From: an uncultured Candidatus Saccharibacteria bacterium
GTDB lineage: Bacteria; Patescibacteriota; Saccharimonadia; Saccharimonadales; CAZICT01
NCBI GenBank assembly: GCA_964537935.1
Contig: CAZICT010000001.1
Span: 277,553 to 341,552 of the forward strand
Length of the DNA stretch: 64,000 bases
Reading direction: 5' to 3'
This document shows positions 18,084-28,029 of this stretch, piece after piece (the first letter of the stretch is position 1; each line of letters opens with the position of its first letter). Below the pieces are notes generated by a model, which saw only the letters and a list, made by a program, of their open reading frames with translations, made no database searches and was not told where the DNA came from. A program made the position numbers and the translations under genes.

Positions 18084-19328
18084 CTACTTCGCTATCAATA
18101 TCGCAAGGCTCTCGATATGAGGAGTGCGTGGGAAAAAATTATAACCTTCAAGCGTCTCAATCGTGTAAGCGTCCTGTAGTTGGAAAAGATCACGCGCCTG
18201 AGTGATTGGGTTACAGCTAAGATAAATGATTCTTTTTGGCTTCACTCCAAGGATGCGGCCAACTACCTTTGGGTGCAGACCTGTTCGCGGCGGATCCACA
18301 ATGACAGTTCCCTGAGCAGGTATGTGCTCCAGCGCGCCTTCGGCAGAAGCGTGAATTACTTCAGCTACATGTCCTACGTTCTTATGTGCCATCTTTATGT
18401 TTTGTTCGTCAATCTCCACCATCTTTGTAGCGCTCAAGGGACGCACCATAGTACCGACTCCGGCGTATAACTCCACCCGATCCTGTTTATCGCCTAGATT
18501 GTCTTTGATTCTTTTAAGAGCCGTTTCAAAAATCGGAATATTTACCTGAAAGAAACTGTTAACGTCATATACGGTATCGAAACCGAGGATTAGATCGTTA
18601 AGCGTAAGATTATCGTAGCTATACAATTCTTTAGTTATTACGCTGGCCGGACTCCGTGGATCGGAATAATACACCGCTAAACCTTTGCAGATTTTGGAGA
18701 ATTCATCCAGTTTTGGGAAGGTTTCGTCTTTTACAAACAGACCTACTACGGCATCACCTGCTTGACTTGCTCGTATAACCATCGTTTTTAGTTGTGAGCC
18801 GCGGACCTTGTGCATGTTTAATATCTTCAGTATTCGTTGGGCGACTTCATCAATTAACGGCATGGCTATACTGCTTCCCTTAACCGTAACTTTGCGGCGC
18901 GAACCCCTCTCGAACAATGCTAGGCTCAAGCCTTGTTCATCGGCCCAAAAACTATACTCCATCTTGTTCCGATAATTCCAGCTATTATTGTCCGAAATAA
19001 ATGGAACATCAGGCGGGATTACAACCTTTTCGCGTTCAAAAGTTTCAATTAAGATCTGCTGCTTATAGCGATTTTCAGCCTCATAGGTCATCATTTGCCA
19101 GGGGCTTGTGCTAAGAAAAGCTTCATCCTTAGGTTCAACCCGATCTACCGAAGACTTAATTAAATGATTAACTACAGCTTCTGCATATCCTTTTTTGCGC
19201 TTGGTAAGCTTAATTACAGCCCGCTCATCAGGTAAAGCGCCCCAGACAAAAACCTTACGTCCGTCCTGAAGTGTAGCCATACCTTGCCCGCCATGAACAA
19301 GCTTTTCTATGACTACTTCTTCTTGCAT
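18084..19328 (-). CDS. TRAM-domain SAM-dependent RNA (uracil-C5)-methyltransferase (RlmD/RumA/TrmA family)
   Basis: 414 aa. N-terminal TRAM-like OB segment. Methyltransferase motifs LYAGVGT and the catalytic YLSCNP. The Fe-S Cys cluster of RlmD is not visible. Confidence 0.8.
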   Translation of the reverse strand: MQEEVVIEKLVHGGQGMATLQDGRKVFVWGALPDERAVIKLTKRKKGYAEAVVNHLIKSSVDRVEPKDEAFLSTSPWQMMTYEAENRYKQQILIETFEREKVVIPPDVPFISDNNSWNYRNKMEYSFWADEQGLSLALFERGSRRKVTVKGSSIAMPLIDEVAQRILKILNMHKVRGSQLKTMVIRASQAGDAVVGLFVKDETFPKLDEFSKICKGLAVYYSDPRSPASVITKELYSYDNLTLNDLILGFDTVYDVNSFFQVNIPIFETALKRIKDNLGDKQDRVELYAGVGTMVRPLSATKMVEIDEQNIKMAHKNVGHVAEVIHASAEGALEHIPAQGTVIVDPPRTGLHPKVVGRILGVKPKRIIYLSCNPITQARDLFQLQDAYTIETLEGYNFFPRTPHIESLAILIAK

Positions 19329-19339
19329 ATCTTCAGTTT

Positions 19340-20296
19340 TTACTGCTGGAAGCCTACAAGCACGACTCCGGCAAATACGATTGCAAGCAGCAGCTGTGCG
19401 CTTATATAGCTTCGTTCAACTATGTAGTTCTCAGCCCAATTCTTTTTAAGGGTAATCTGGCGTCGTTGGTTGTTAGCAAATTTGAAAAGCCCTAGCGCTA
19501 ATGTAGCTTGAAGTGCATATACATACCAGGCGTAACGAACTTCTCCATAAACATGAGTATTAACGGCGTATACAGCTATAGCGATCAGCGGCAAAAGTCC
19601 AGAAACCGCCGCTGCAATATAGGAAGCTTTTGAGGAAAGCTTGGCTGCATGGCGACGTTCTGTTAACCACGCCAAAACTGCATAGAGAGCCATCAAGCCA
19701 CCGGTTAATTTTATGAGAACAATATCCTGCATACCGCTTAAGACTGCTATTATTTCAGTAAACAGTACGAGCATTACACCGATAGATAGCCAACGCAGTG
19801 TTGATACTCCCGATTCAACCTGAGCTTGGTATCGGTTGCGTAGACGAGCCGCAAACAAAAGCGATAATAGCGCCAATATGCCAAGAGATACTATTAAAGC
19901 CCAGCGTACCTCTACATCCCAGACTGCCTGACTGCCTGGAGCGAACACCGTGCTTGTTCTACTAGCCAGTTCATCTTTCGTAAGATAGCCGACGCTAAGA
20001 GTATAAGCCGCGGTCGTCATTACTGTGCCGGCAAACACTGCAAGCAAGCCGAACACACCGGCGCTGAACAATTGCAGCCCTCGTAAGCGGGCCATAGTTA
20101 CAGCTTTGCCTCTCCTTGTTTTTGTGGTTGCTGAAGCTGCTTTGACGGTCGTCTTTTTAGTTACCGGTGTTTTTTCAGCCGTGGTTTTAACACTGGCTTT
20201 CGCCGCAGATGACTTGGCTTTGGTAGCTTTAGTCGACTTAACGGCTTTTTTGGTGGTTTTTGTCTTTGCCTTGGATTTATTTGATTGTGTAGCCAT
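19340..20296 (-). CDS. Hypothetical polytopic membrane protein with histone-H1-like Lys/Ala/Thr-rich N-terminal tail
   Basis: 318 aa. The first ~65 aa read KSKAKTKTTKKAVKSTKATKAKSSAAKASVKTT..., followed by about 7 hydrophobic helices. Confidence 0.5.
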   Translation of the reverse strand: MATQSNKSKAKTKTTKKAVKSTKATKAKSSAAKASVKTTAEKTPVTKKTTVKAASATTKTRRGKAVTMARLRGLQLFSAGVFGLLAVFAGTVMTTAAYTLSVGYLTKDELASRTSTVFAPGSQAVWDVEVRWALIVSLGILALLSLLFAARLRNRYQAQVESGVSTLRWLSIGVMLVLFTEIIAVLSGMQDIVLIKLTGGLMALYAVLAWLTERRHAAKLSSKASYIAAAVSGLLPLIAIAVYAVNTHVYGEVRYAWYVYALQATLALGLFKFANNQRRQITLKKNWAENYIVERSYISAQLLLAIVFAGVVLVGFQQ

Positions 20297-20365
20297 AGGA
20301 AAAGTGTAACACTTTATTGTTTAATTTTACATTCACTTTGCTCTCACCGGTCATTGGTGATGAAT

Positions 20366-20851
20366 TTATAGTGGCTGGTAAGGCACATGACACATGCCCC
20401 GGCCGGTTTTTTCTGTATATTTTTGGTGATATGGTTCAGCAATATAAAATACTTCTTGCGGCACAATTTGTGTAACAATCGGATTTTTAAACCCTGGCTG
20501 TAGTTCTTGTTTTACTTTTCCGGCAATTTGTCTTTGCGTTTCATCAGCATAAAAAATTACCGATCTATACTGGTCGCCTATATCAGGACCCTGTCGATTA
20601 AGCTGGGTTGGATCGTGAAGCCTAAAAAAGTGCCTCACCAAAGTCTCGTAACTTACCTTATCCGGATTAAACTCTACTTTTACCGCTTCGGCATGACCGG
20701 TATTGCGGTAACATACGTCTTCATATGTCGGGTGCTCAGTGTTCCCACCTGTATAACCGACGACCGTATCTATGACGCCAGGAATTTGGTCAAAGTAATA
20801 CTGTACTCCCCAGAAACATCCTGCTGCAAATATAGCCGATTCCATAGTCAT
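20366..20851 (-). CDS. msrA: Peptide methionine-S-sulfoxide reductase
   Basis: 161 aa with the active-site motif GCFWG near the N-terminus. Confidence 0.92.
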   Translation of the reverse strand: MTMESAIFAAGCFWGVQYYFDQIPGVIDTVVGYTGGNTEHPTYEDVCYRNTGHAEAVKVEFNPDKVSYETLVRHFFRLHDPTQLNRQGPDIGDQYRSVIFYADETQRQIAGKVKQELQPGFKNPIVTQIVPQEVFYIAEPYHQKYTEKTGRGMCHVPYQPL

Positions 20852-20909
20852 AAATTTTAATACCTGCCTTCTCCTGGTAAACCTTAGTTAATACCGCTGC
20901 TTAGCTGGT

Positions 20910-21212
20910 TTACTCTGTGACTTCAACACCCTGCCAAAAGGCAACATAGTTAGAGAAGTCCTTCTTCACTTGCTCAATTGCGGAAGGCTTGGGTTCGGGA
21001 TAGCTAAAGGCAGCATCTTTGTTCTCTTCTCCTTCAACCACTACATCAAAATACTGGCATTCCCCTTTCCACGGACAAGTGTAAGGAGTAGGACTTTCAC
21101 GTAAATACTCCTTATTTACTGAAGTTGGCGGAAAATACCAGTTTCCTTCAATATATATTAAGTCTTCTCTTGGCGACTCAGCGATAACTTTTTCGTTCCA
21201 AATTGCTTTCAT
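20910..21212 (-). CDS. DUF427-family small protein
   Basis: 100 aa. The pattern IAES...IEGNWYFP...CPWKGECQYFDV matches my recollection of DUF427. Confidence 0.65.
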   Translation of the reverse strand: MKAIWNEKVIAESPREDLIYIEGNWYFPPTSVNKEYLRESPTPYTCPWKGECQYFDVVVEGEENKDAAFSYPEPKPSAIEQVKKDFSNYVAFWQGVEVTE

Positions 21213-21233
21213 TATGCACTCCTTATTTAATAT

Positions 21234-22757
21234 TTATGTAATTTCCGGGTAAATCTCTTTGGTTGTTGCATCAATCTCATTACGCAACTGGGGGAAAGGT
21301 ACGCCTTCTCGGGCCGTCACACCTTCGAGCATCCAAAACAGACGCTCGGAATGGCCGTAGCCACAAGCAGGCGGCATTCCGTATTCAAGCGCTTCTACAT
21401 AATCAATATCCATCATCTGCGCTTCATCATCGCCTGCATCACGTAGAGCCTGTTGCTCTAAAAAGCGATTGTATTGGTCTATCGGATCATTAAGCTCACT
21501 GTACGCTTTGCACACTTCAGAGCCGCCCAGAATAAGGTTGAACTGTTCAGTTAGCCGTTTGTCGTCTGCCTGAAGTTTGGCAAGCGGCTGCAGAAACGCC
21601 GGTACATCAACTAGTAGCACCGGCCCGGCAAGCGTTACTCTGATTTTTTTCCATAATTTATCAATAACCCTGGCTTTGTTATCGATCTTTTCCACTTCGC
21701 CATTAGCTTCTTTTAGTTTTGTGACCGCCTCCTCAAGCGTGCAGTCAAATACATCCAAATCATAGTGATCGCGAATTACTTGAACAAAACTTATGCGTGG
21801 AAAATCCGTATTGTCATCTCCCAGATTGACCTCTTGGCCATTAGCGAGAGTAAATGTGCGCCTGCCCCATGTCTTGTCGGCAATATATCGAACTAGCCGT
21901 TGTGTAAGCTCCATGCCCTGTTCCCAGTCCGCATAAGCCCAGTACCACTCCATTGCTACATGCTCAGGCAAGTGTTCATCACTGTAATTTTCGTTTCTAA
22001 AACGCGGACCTATATCAAACACTTTTTCGTACCCACCAACGACCAGCCGCTTCAACGGTAACTCGTGACTTATTCTTAGATAAAAATCCTGATCAAGCGC
22101 ATCCATGTGCGTAACGAACGGATTTGCATCCGCACCACCAGCCACCGATTCTAATACCGGGATATTTATCTCTACAAAACCTTCTTGTTGCAAAAAATCC
22201 CGCGTTGCGTTCCAGAAGCTGCTTCTCCGTAAATAACGGTCATAGACTTCTGGATTTACGTTCAAGTCAACATAGCGGCGGCGCATCCGCTCTTCTTTGT
22301 TGGTAAACCCCTCTTGCTCATTCGGCAGTGGCCTTAGCGCTTTTGTAAGCAACCGTAAACTACTTACCTCAACCGATATTTCACCGGTTTGGGTCTTGAT
22401 AACAGTTCCTGACGCTTCTACGAAGTCACCTGTATCTAGCAAATTAATTTCGTTTGGCATTGTAAGTTCGCTAGCTGAGCGATCTGGATCTGAAGTGTTG
22501 CCATTCGCCCTCATGAACAGCTGAAGTTCTCCTGTCCAGTCGCGTATAACTACAAAAGCTATTTTTCCAAACTTACGTATGGATTTAATTCTGCCCGATA
22601 CGGTTACCTGTTTATTTTCAAGGGACTCGAACTTTTTAGAGATGGTGTCTAGATTATGTGTTCGCTGAGCAGTTGAAGGATAGGGATTTACGCCAAGCGC
22701 CTTAAGCTCCGATAATTTACGCAGCCGTTCATCCCTAAAGTCTTGTAGTGTCGCCAT
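21234..22757 (-). CDS. lysS: Lysyl-tRNA synthetase, class II
   Basis: 507 aa. N-terminal OB anticodon-binding domain and a class II core (FRNENYSDEHLPEH, GYGHSERL). Confidence 0.94.
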   Translation of the reverse strand: MATLQDFRDERLRKLSELKALGVNPYPSTAQRTHNLDTISKKFESLENKQVTVSGRIKSIRKFGKIAFVVIRDWTGELQLFMRANGNTSDPDRSASELTMPNEINLLDTGDFVEASGTVIKTQTGEISVEVSSLRLLTKALRPLPNEQEGFTNKEERMRRRYVDLNVNPEVYDRYLRRSSFWNATRDFLQQEGFVEINIPVLESVAGGADANPFVTHMDALDQDFYLRISHELPLKRLVVGGYEKVFDIGPRFRNENYSDEHLPEHVAMEWYWAYADWEQGMELTQRLVRYIADKTWGRRTFTLANGQEVNLGDDNTDFPRISFVQVIRDHYDLDVFDCTLEEAVTKLKEANGEVEKIDNKARVIDKLWKKIRVTLAGPVLLVDVPAFLQPLAKLQADDKRLTEQFNLILGGSEVCKAYSELNDPIDQYNRFLEQQALRDAGDDEAQMMDIDYVEALEYGMPPACGYGHSERLFWMLEGVTAREGVPFPQLRNEIDATTKEIYPEIT

Positions 22758-22842
22758 ATGTGTTTAGTGTCTAAAATTAGAAATTAGTAACTAGGGCCAG
22801 TATACCTGAGCCCTGGCTTTTTCTCTAGTAATTTACCGGTTT

Positions 22843-23298
22843 TTAGGCAATGTCGACGATCTTGTAGACCTGGGTTTCGGCAGGTGTCTTTATTTCGACT
22901 TCATCACCCTCTTTTTTGCCAAGTAAGGCTTGGCCGATCGGCGATTCGTCTGATATTTTTCCGTTTATAGGGTCGGCCTCGACCGTTCCTACAACCTGGA
23001 ATTTTTTCGTAGTTCCGTTTTCCAGGATAACCGTCGAGCCAAGCTGAACTTTGCTGTCACCTTTTGGCTTAGTAATGATCTCAACGTTCTGTAAAATATG
23101 TTCGATTTCTGCAATTCGACTTTCCACACGCTCTTGCTCTTGGCGGGCTGACGAATACTCAGCATTCTCTGACAAATCACCGAATTCACGTGCAGTACGA
23201 ATACGCTCGGCAATCGGGCCTCGTTGTGCAACAAGTTCAGCAAGCTCTGTTTTGAGCTCTTCCACACCTTCGTTTGTCAAATAGTACTGTTTTTTCAT
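22843..23298 (-). CDS. greA: Transcription elongation factor GreA
   Basis: 151 aa. Coiled-coil tip motif GDLSENAEYSSARQEQ. GAGGAG lies upstream of the ATG. Confidence 0.93.
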   Translation of the reverse strand: MKKQYYLTNEGVEELKTELAELVAQRGPIAERIRTAREFGDLSENAEYSSARQEQERVESRIAEIEHILQNVEIITKPKGDSKVQLGSTVILENGTTKKFQVVGTVEADPINGKISDESPIGQALLGKKEGDEVEIKTPAETQVYKIVDIA

Positions 23299-23354
23299 AC
23301 GTGCATACTCCTCTACTTTGCTATACTTGTCTGCCTCACGAACTTACGACGGCG

Positions 23355-23363
23355 ATTATACCA
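23355..23363 (-). promoter_or_regulatory. Candidate extended -10 promoter element for greA
   Basis: The minus strand reads TGgTATAAT (23363-23355), about 55 nt upstream of the greA ATG. No good -35 element. Identified by eye only. Confidence 0.4.
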
Positions 23364-23372
23364 ATCGTAACC

Positions 23373-24623
23373 TTAGGCCGCTATCACTTTGATTAATTCT
23401 TCTGTTGTGTATGTTCTGGTTTCACTACTCTTACGAGGCTTTAGTTCATGCTTTCCTGCCTGGACCGTCTTTTCACTTACCACCACTCGGTATGGAATGC
23501 CCATCAAGTCTGCGTCTGCAAATTTTTCACCGGGACGCGAGTCACGGTCATCATATATTACCAAGGTTCCGGATTCCGTCAAGAGTTCATATAATTCATC
23601 GGCTGCTGACACCACAGAAGGTATATTTCCGAGTCTAGCAATGTAAATCTTTGCTGGAGCAATATTTTCCGGCCATACCAAACCTTTGTCGTCACTCCAG
23701 AGTTCAGCGACTGTGCCCATTACCCTGCTTACCCCTACTCCATAGCACCCCATGATAATTGTCTGGCGAACACCCTCTTCGTCTTCAATAGCTAAATCAA
23801 ACGGTGCAGAAAACTTTGTGCCAAGACTGAATATATTACCCGTCTCAATGCCCTTTACCTCTTCAAGCTCGTCTCGGGAAACCCCAAGCTCGGCGATAAC
23901 TTCATCAGTGAATACTTCTTTGTTTATAGCAATATTCTTTTCGCGACTGAGATAAATCGTATCTTCACCTGCATCAGACAATGTTTGGAATTCATGGCTA
24001 TATTTACTGAAACTGCCGCCGCTGGCGAAGGTCATAAACGTTTTTTCACCGATGCCCATTCTGTCGTAAATACGTCTATAGGCCGCCTGTGCCTTTTCGT
24101 AAAACTCGTCATGCTGTTGCTGGTTAAGCGAAAAAGAGTACATGTCTTTCATCAAGAACTCGCGTCCTCTCATAAGTCCGCTTTTGCTCCGGAGTTCGTT
24201 TCTGAATTTTGTTTGTATCTGGTAGGGAGAAAAAGGCAAATCCCTATAAGAGCTTATGTATTTTTTAACGATAGGTACAAAGTTTTCCTCATGTGAAAAT
24301 CCTAGCCCTAGCTCAGTTCCGTTTGCCAGCTTTGTCTTGAACCAGTTGTCAACAACCTCATCACTCCAACGGTTAGTTGCTTCGTAGCGCTCTTTTATTT
24401 GCAGTGCGGGCAAAAGCGTTTCCTGACCGCCAATCGCATTCATTTCCTCGCGTATAATCTGTTCAATACTTCTCAAAACCTTAAGTCCGAGAGGCAGATA
24501 GCTATAAACCCCCGCCATCTCTTTGTGCACGAATCCGGCCTGGATCAGTAATTGTGCATTTTTTGACGTTTCATCGGCAGGAGCATTCTTCTGGGTTTTC
24601 GTAAATAATTTAGAAAGTCGCAT
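23373..24623 (-). CDS. proS: Prolyl-tRNA synthetase, short bacterial form without INS editing domain
   Basis: 416 aa. Motif 2 is FRNELRSKSGLMRGREFLMKDMYSF. Only about 30 aa separate SHEFQTLSDAGEDTIYL from GIETGNIFSLGTKFS, where E. coli ProRS carries its ~180-aa INS domain. Confidence 0.9.
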   Translation of the reverse strand: MRLSKLFTKTQKNAPADETSKNAQLLIQAGFVHKEMAGVYSYLPLGLKVLRSIEQIIREEMNAIGGQETLLPALQIKERYEATNRWSDEVVDNWFKTKLANGTELGLGFSHEENFVPIVKKYISSYRDLPFSPYQIQTKFRNELRSKSGLMRGREFLMKDMYSFSLNQQQHDEFYEKAQAAYRRIYDRMGIGEKTFMTFASGGSFSKYSHEFQTLSDAGEDTIYLSREKNIAINKEVFTDEVIAELGVSRDELEEVKGIETGNIFSLGTKFSAPFDLAIEDEEGVRQTIIMGCYGVGVSRVMGTVAELWSDDKGLVWPENIAPAKIYIARLGNIPSVVSAADELYELLTESGTLVIYDDRDSRPGEKFADADLMGIPYRVVVSEKTVQAGKHELKPRKSSETRTYTTEELIKVIAA

Positions 24624-24753
24624 TGTCTTAGGATCCTCCTCTATTTTGGGTAATTAACGTGAATAAAGTAAATAAGTAACTATATACGGCCCGACTTGGC
24701 CGGCAGATTAAACAACGGTACGGAAAACTGCAAGTAATGCATACTCTATAATT

Positions 24754-25593
24754 CTATCCCAAGAGCGACAACTTGGGAACTATAAACAGCATAAAGTACG
24801 CCAGACCGTTCTTGATTGCATGCAGTCCGACTGACGGCCAAAGGCTGCCGGTTTTTTGTCTCAGCCCTACTAATATTATTGACAATATGAAAGTGTCGAT
24901 AGCCGCTACCCATAAAGGCGGGTTGCCGCTTCCAAGCTGCAGATGGGCGATCGCGAACAGTATGCTGACGATTATAGCCGCCGGCCAAAATGAGTATTTC
25001 TTTCTTAATCCCGAATAAAGAAAACCCCGGCAAATAAATTCTTCAACCAGGGGCGGAATTATCACAAGGCTGATAAATACCGCCACTAAAGAGACACTGT
25101 CTACTGAAGCGCTAAAGCCTAATTCTTGCTGCTGTTCGATATCAAGTGCCGGAATAAGTTCTGACGCTAAGGCTACTGTTACGATGTTAAGTGGTATATA
25201 AATCGCAAAACCACTAAGTGCGTAAAGTATGTATTCCCATTTAAACTCTGTTACACCGAGTGATTTAAGCGATATTTGTCGCCTTTTGATAAACCAGTAA
25301 ACCGACGCGAACAATAGAGCATTAACCGTGGCACTAAACAAGAAGTTCAGGGCTGTTGAGTTTTCAACTTCCTCAATTCCAGTCCCTGTAGCCGCCAAAT
25401 AGATGCCAAATAATATACCGCCGGCTATCTGCGTAATGATATATGCCGCCACAGTAATCGTTATGGCTTCGATAGCTGTCCACGGTTTTGGTTGCTTGTC
25501 TGTCGATGAGCTTAAAAAATAACTGTAAACCCCATGAGTTACTGCTATAAATAACGCTGCCCACAAGATAGGCGCAAAGATAGAAATATCCAT
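24754..25593 (-). CDS. CPBP-family intramembrane glutamic endopeptidase (CAAX protease-like)
   Basis: 279 aa, polytopic. Motifs EEFICRGF and FAIAHL. Confidence 0.75.
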   Translation of the reverse strand: MDISIFAPILWAALFIAVTHGVYSYFLSSSTDKQPKPWTAIEAITITVAAYIITQIAGGILFGIYLAATGTGIEEVENSTALNFLFSATVNALLFASVYWFIKRRQISLKSLGVTEFKWEYILYALSGFAIYIPLNIVTVALASELIPALDIEQQQELGFSASVDSVSLVAVFISLVIIPPLVEEFICRGFLYSGLRKKYSFWPAAIIVSILFAIAHLQLGSGNPPLWVAAIDTFILSIILVGLRQKTGSLWPSVGLHAIKNGLAYFMLFIVPKLSLLG

Positions 25594-25602
25594 AATTCCA
25601 GC

Positions 25603-26718
25603 CTAGAAAAACCTGTTAACGTCCACGATGCTTATAAGCACGAATAGTAATAATAAAGCAACGAAACCAGTACCATGAATCCACTCTTCGAGCCGGGGAG
25701 TCAGTGGTTTTTTAATAGCCCTAAATAACATCATGACAAACAGTCTGCCGCCATCAAGTGCTGGTATCGGCAATACATTCATAATCGCCAATGACAGTGA
25801 AATAATGGCAATAACCAGCAATATAAACTGAAATCCAAGCGTACTGCCCTCGGTTAGCAGGTAACCAACGCCTATTACTCCTGATACTTGACTTGAAGCT
25901 TTTGCCGTATCCCCCTGAATCAAACCGGCCAGTGCCGAACCAAGCCCCTTGAAAGTTTCGAATGTAATTTGCTTCATTAGCCCCAGTGCAACAATCGGCG
26001 AAGACCACGTTGAACGCTGAACTACATATTCTGTGGGCGCCACACCTAAGTGGCCTTTCGGTTCATCAGTGTCCTGGCTGGCCTCCACCTCTTCGGTTGT
26101 GCGTAATTCAGGGGTCGAAAGCTCTATCCTTTCACCGGATCGTGAAATAATAATGTCTACCGACTGCCCGGCATGCTGTTTTGTCACCGCTTGCAACTCT
26201 TCTATGTTATCTATCGGCTCTTCACCGATCTCAATAATCCTATCCCTAGCCTCTAATCCTGCATGCTCCGCAGGCGATTCTGGATCAACAAAACCAACCA
26301 ATACATCACGTCTAGTTACTTGAGTGTCGCTGGCAACCGTATACTGATTGTCGATTATCTTTGGCATGCCAATCACTGCCAGCAAGGTAAACAACAGAAA
26401 AGCCGCTACCACGTTCATCGCTACCCCGGCTAAAAGTATCTTCGTTTTTGCCCAAAGACTGGCAGCCCCAAAAGTTCCCGGCTCGGTATCGGCATCATGT
26501 TCACCTTTTAACTTAACAAAACCACCCAGCGGCAACCAATTTAGCGTATACTCCGTGCCTTTCTTTTTAGCTAGAACCTTGGCTCTGGGTGGAAATCCTA
26601 TCCCAAATTCCTCAACCTCTACTCCGTTGCGCCGTGCCAACCAAAAGTGCCCCAGCTCATGAATAACCACCAAGCCGACAAACATTATGAACCCCAGAAA
26701 AATAAGCAGTGCTGACAT
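25603..26718 (-). CDS. rseP: Site-2 protease, M50 family (RseP/RasP-like) with PDZ domain
   Basis: 371 aa. HELGHF zinc site in TM1, a central PDZ domain and NVLPIPALDGG near the C-terminus. The start overlaps the uppS stop (TAATG). Confidence 0.85.
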   Translation of the reverse strand: MSALLIFLGFIMFVGLVVIHELGHFWLARRNGVEVEEFGIGFPPRAKVLAKKKGTEYTLNWLPLGGFVKLKGEHDADTEPGTFGAASLWAKTKILLAGVAMNVVAAFLLFTLLAVIGMPKIIDNQYTVASDTQVTRRDVLVGFVDPESPAEHAGLEARDRIIEIGEEPIDNIEELQAVTKQHAGQSVDIIISRSGERIELSTPELRTTEEVEASQDTDEPKGHLGVAPTEYVVQRSTWSSPIVALGLMKQITFETFKGLGSALAGLIQGDTAKASSQVSGVIGVGYLLTEGSTLGFQFILLVIAIISLSLAIMNVLPIPALDGGRLFVMMLFRAIKKPLTPRLEEWIHGTGFVALLLLFVLISIVDVNRFF

Positions 26719-27413
26719 TATTTACCGAATCTCCTTTCCCGCTCAGTGTACTCAGCCAAGGCAGCATCAAATGATTCGTTAGAAAAATCCGGCCAATACT
26801 TATCAGAAAAATATAGCTCCGCATAAGCCGCCCTATACAGCATAAAACCGCTCAAACGCTGTTCGCCGCTTGTGCGTATAAGTAAGTCAATCGGTGGTAC
26901 TTCCGGTGCGTACAGCGCTTTATAAAACTCCTCTTCAGTTACTTCGTTGGGCGAAACTCCACTGGCAACTAGTTTGCGGCTCGCGTTTACTATCTCTTCG
27001 TGTCCGCCATAGTTAAAGCATAATGCCAGGGTTCCACCGGTGTTATCTCGCGTTAAAGCTTCAGCTTCCTCGATAGCCTTGAGTAATTTGTCCGAAAGCC
27101 TCTCCCGGGACCCTAAAAACAGCGCCTTAAAACCTTTTTTATGAAATTCTTTGACTTCTTTTTTGGCTATCCAAAGCGCCAAATCCATCAAATAATTCAC
27201 CTCTTCTTTGCTGCGGTTCCAATTTTCAGTCGAAAAGATAAACGCCGATAAATACTGGATTTTACATTCGTTAAAGACATGGGTGCTTAATTCTTTTAGC
27301 CTTTGATAGCCTGTTCTATGGCCTTCAAATGATGGAAGTCCCCTTTGCTTTGCCCAACGGCGGTTCCCGTCGAGAATAATTCCAACATGTGTTGGCGGTG
27401 TGTTATTAGACAT
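26718..27413 (-). CDS. uppS: Undecaprenyl (isoprenyl) diphosphate synthase
   Basis: 231 aa. HVGIILDGNRRWA and ERRFG motifs. Confidence 0.93.
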   Translation of the reverse strand: MSNNTPPTHVGIILDGNRRWAKQRGLPSFEGHRTGYQRLKELSTHVFNECKIQYLSAFIFSTENWNRSKEEVNYLMDLALWIAKKEVKEFHKKGFKALFLGSRERLSDKLLKAIEEAEALTRDNTGGTLALCFNYGGHEEIVNASRKLVASGVSPNEVTEEEFYKALYAPEVPPIDLLIRTSGEQRLSGFMLYRAAYAELYFSDKYWPDFSNESFDAALAEYTERERRFGK

Positions 27414-27450
27414 GTGCAGGTATTATAACTTTCGTAGCCTATCGAATCTA

Positions 27451-28017
27451 TTAAATGGTTAGGATTTCTTGTTCTTTGGCTTTGGCTAACTTTTCTACTT
27501 CGGCTTTAGCCTCAGCCATAGCGTCTTCTATTTGTCCGGTTAGAAGTTTAGCTTCGTCTTCACTTATAGTTTTATCTTTTTTTGCCCTGTCAATCGTGCC
27601 AAGGCCATCATGCCGGATGTTGCGAAGAGTAATCATACTGTCTTCGGCTTTGGTACCGACTACCTTAACGTACTCGCGACGACGTTCTTCAGTAAGCGGC
27701 GGAATTGGCACCCGTACTGCCCGACCGTCATCCATCGGATTTAACCCAAGGCTTTTGTTTTCGCGAATAGCTGTGGCGATTGCTTGCAGATTGTTTGGGT
27801 CAAACGGTGTAATTTGCAGTTGTTGCGGCTCTGGCGCGGACACGCTGGCCACCTGAATTAATGGCATGGGTGTGCCATAAGCCTCAACTACTACTCCGTC
27901 CAGCATGCTCGGATGCGCCCGACCAGTCCGCACCTTCTTTAGCTCCTCTTGGAGGTGCGCGACAGCTGCGTTGAACTTGCTCTTGGTGTCAGTAACTACT
28001 TGGCTAGGATTCATCAA
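27451..28017 (-). CDS. frr: Ribosome recycling factor
   Basis: 188 aa. Typical RRF sequence (RTGRAHPSMLDGVVVEAYG ... ITLRNIRHD). Confidence 0.95.
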   Translation of the reverse strand: MMNPSQVVTDTKSKFNAAVAHLQEELKKVRTGRAHPSMLDGVVVEAYGTPMPLIQVASVSAPEPQQLQITPFDPNNLQAIATAIRENKSLGLNPMDDGRAVRVPIPPLTEERRREYVKVVGTKAEDSMITLRNIRHDGLGTIDRAKKDKTISEDEAKLLTGQIEDAMAEAKAEVEKLAKAKEQEILTI

Positions 28018-28029
28018 TTCTCCTGATTT

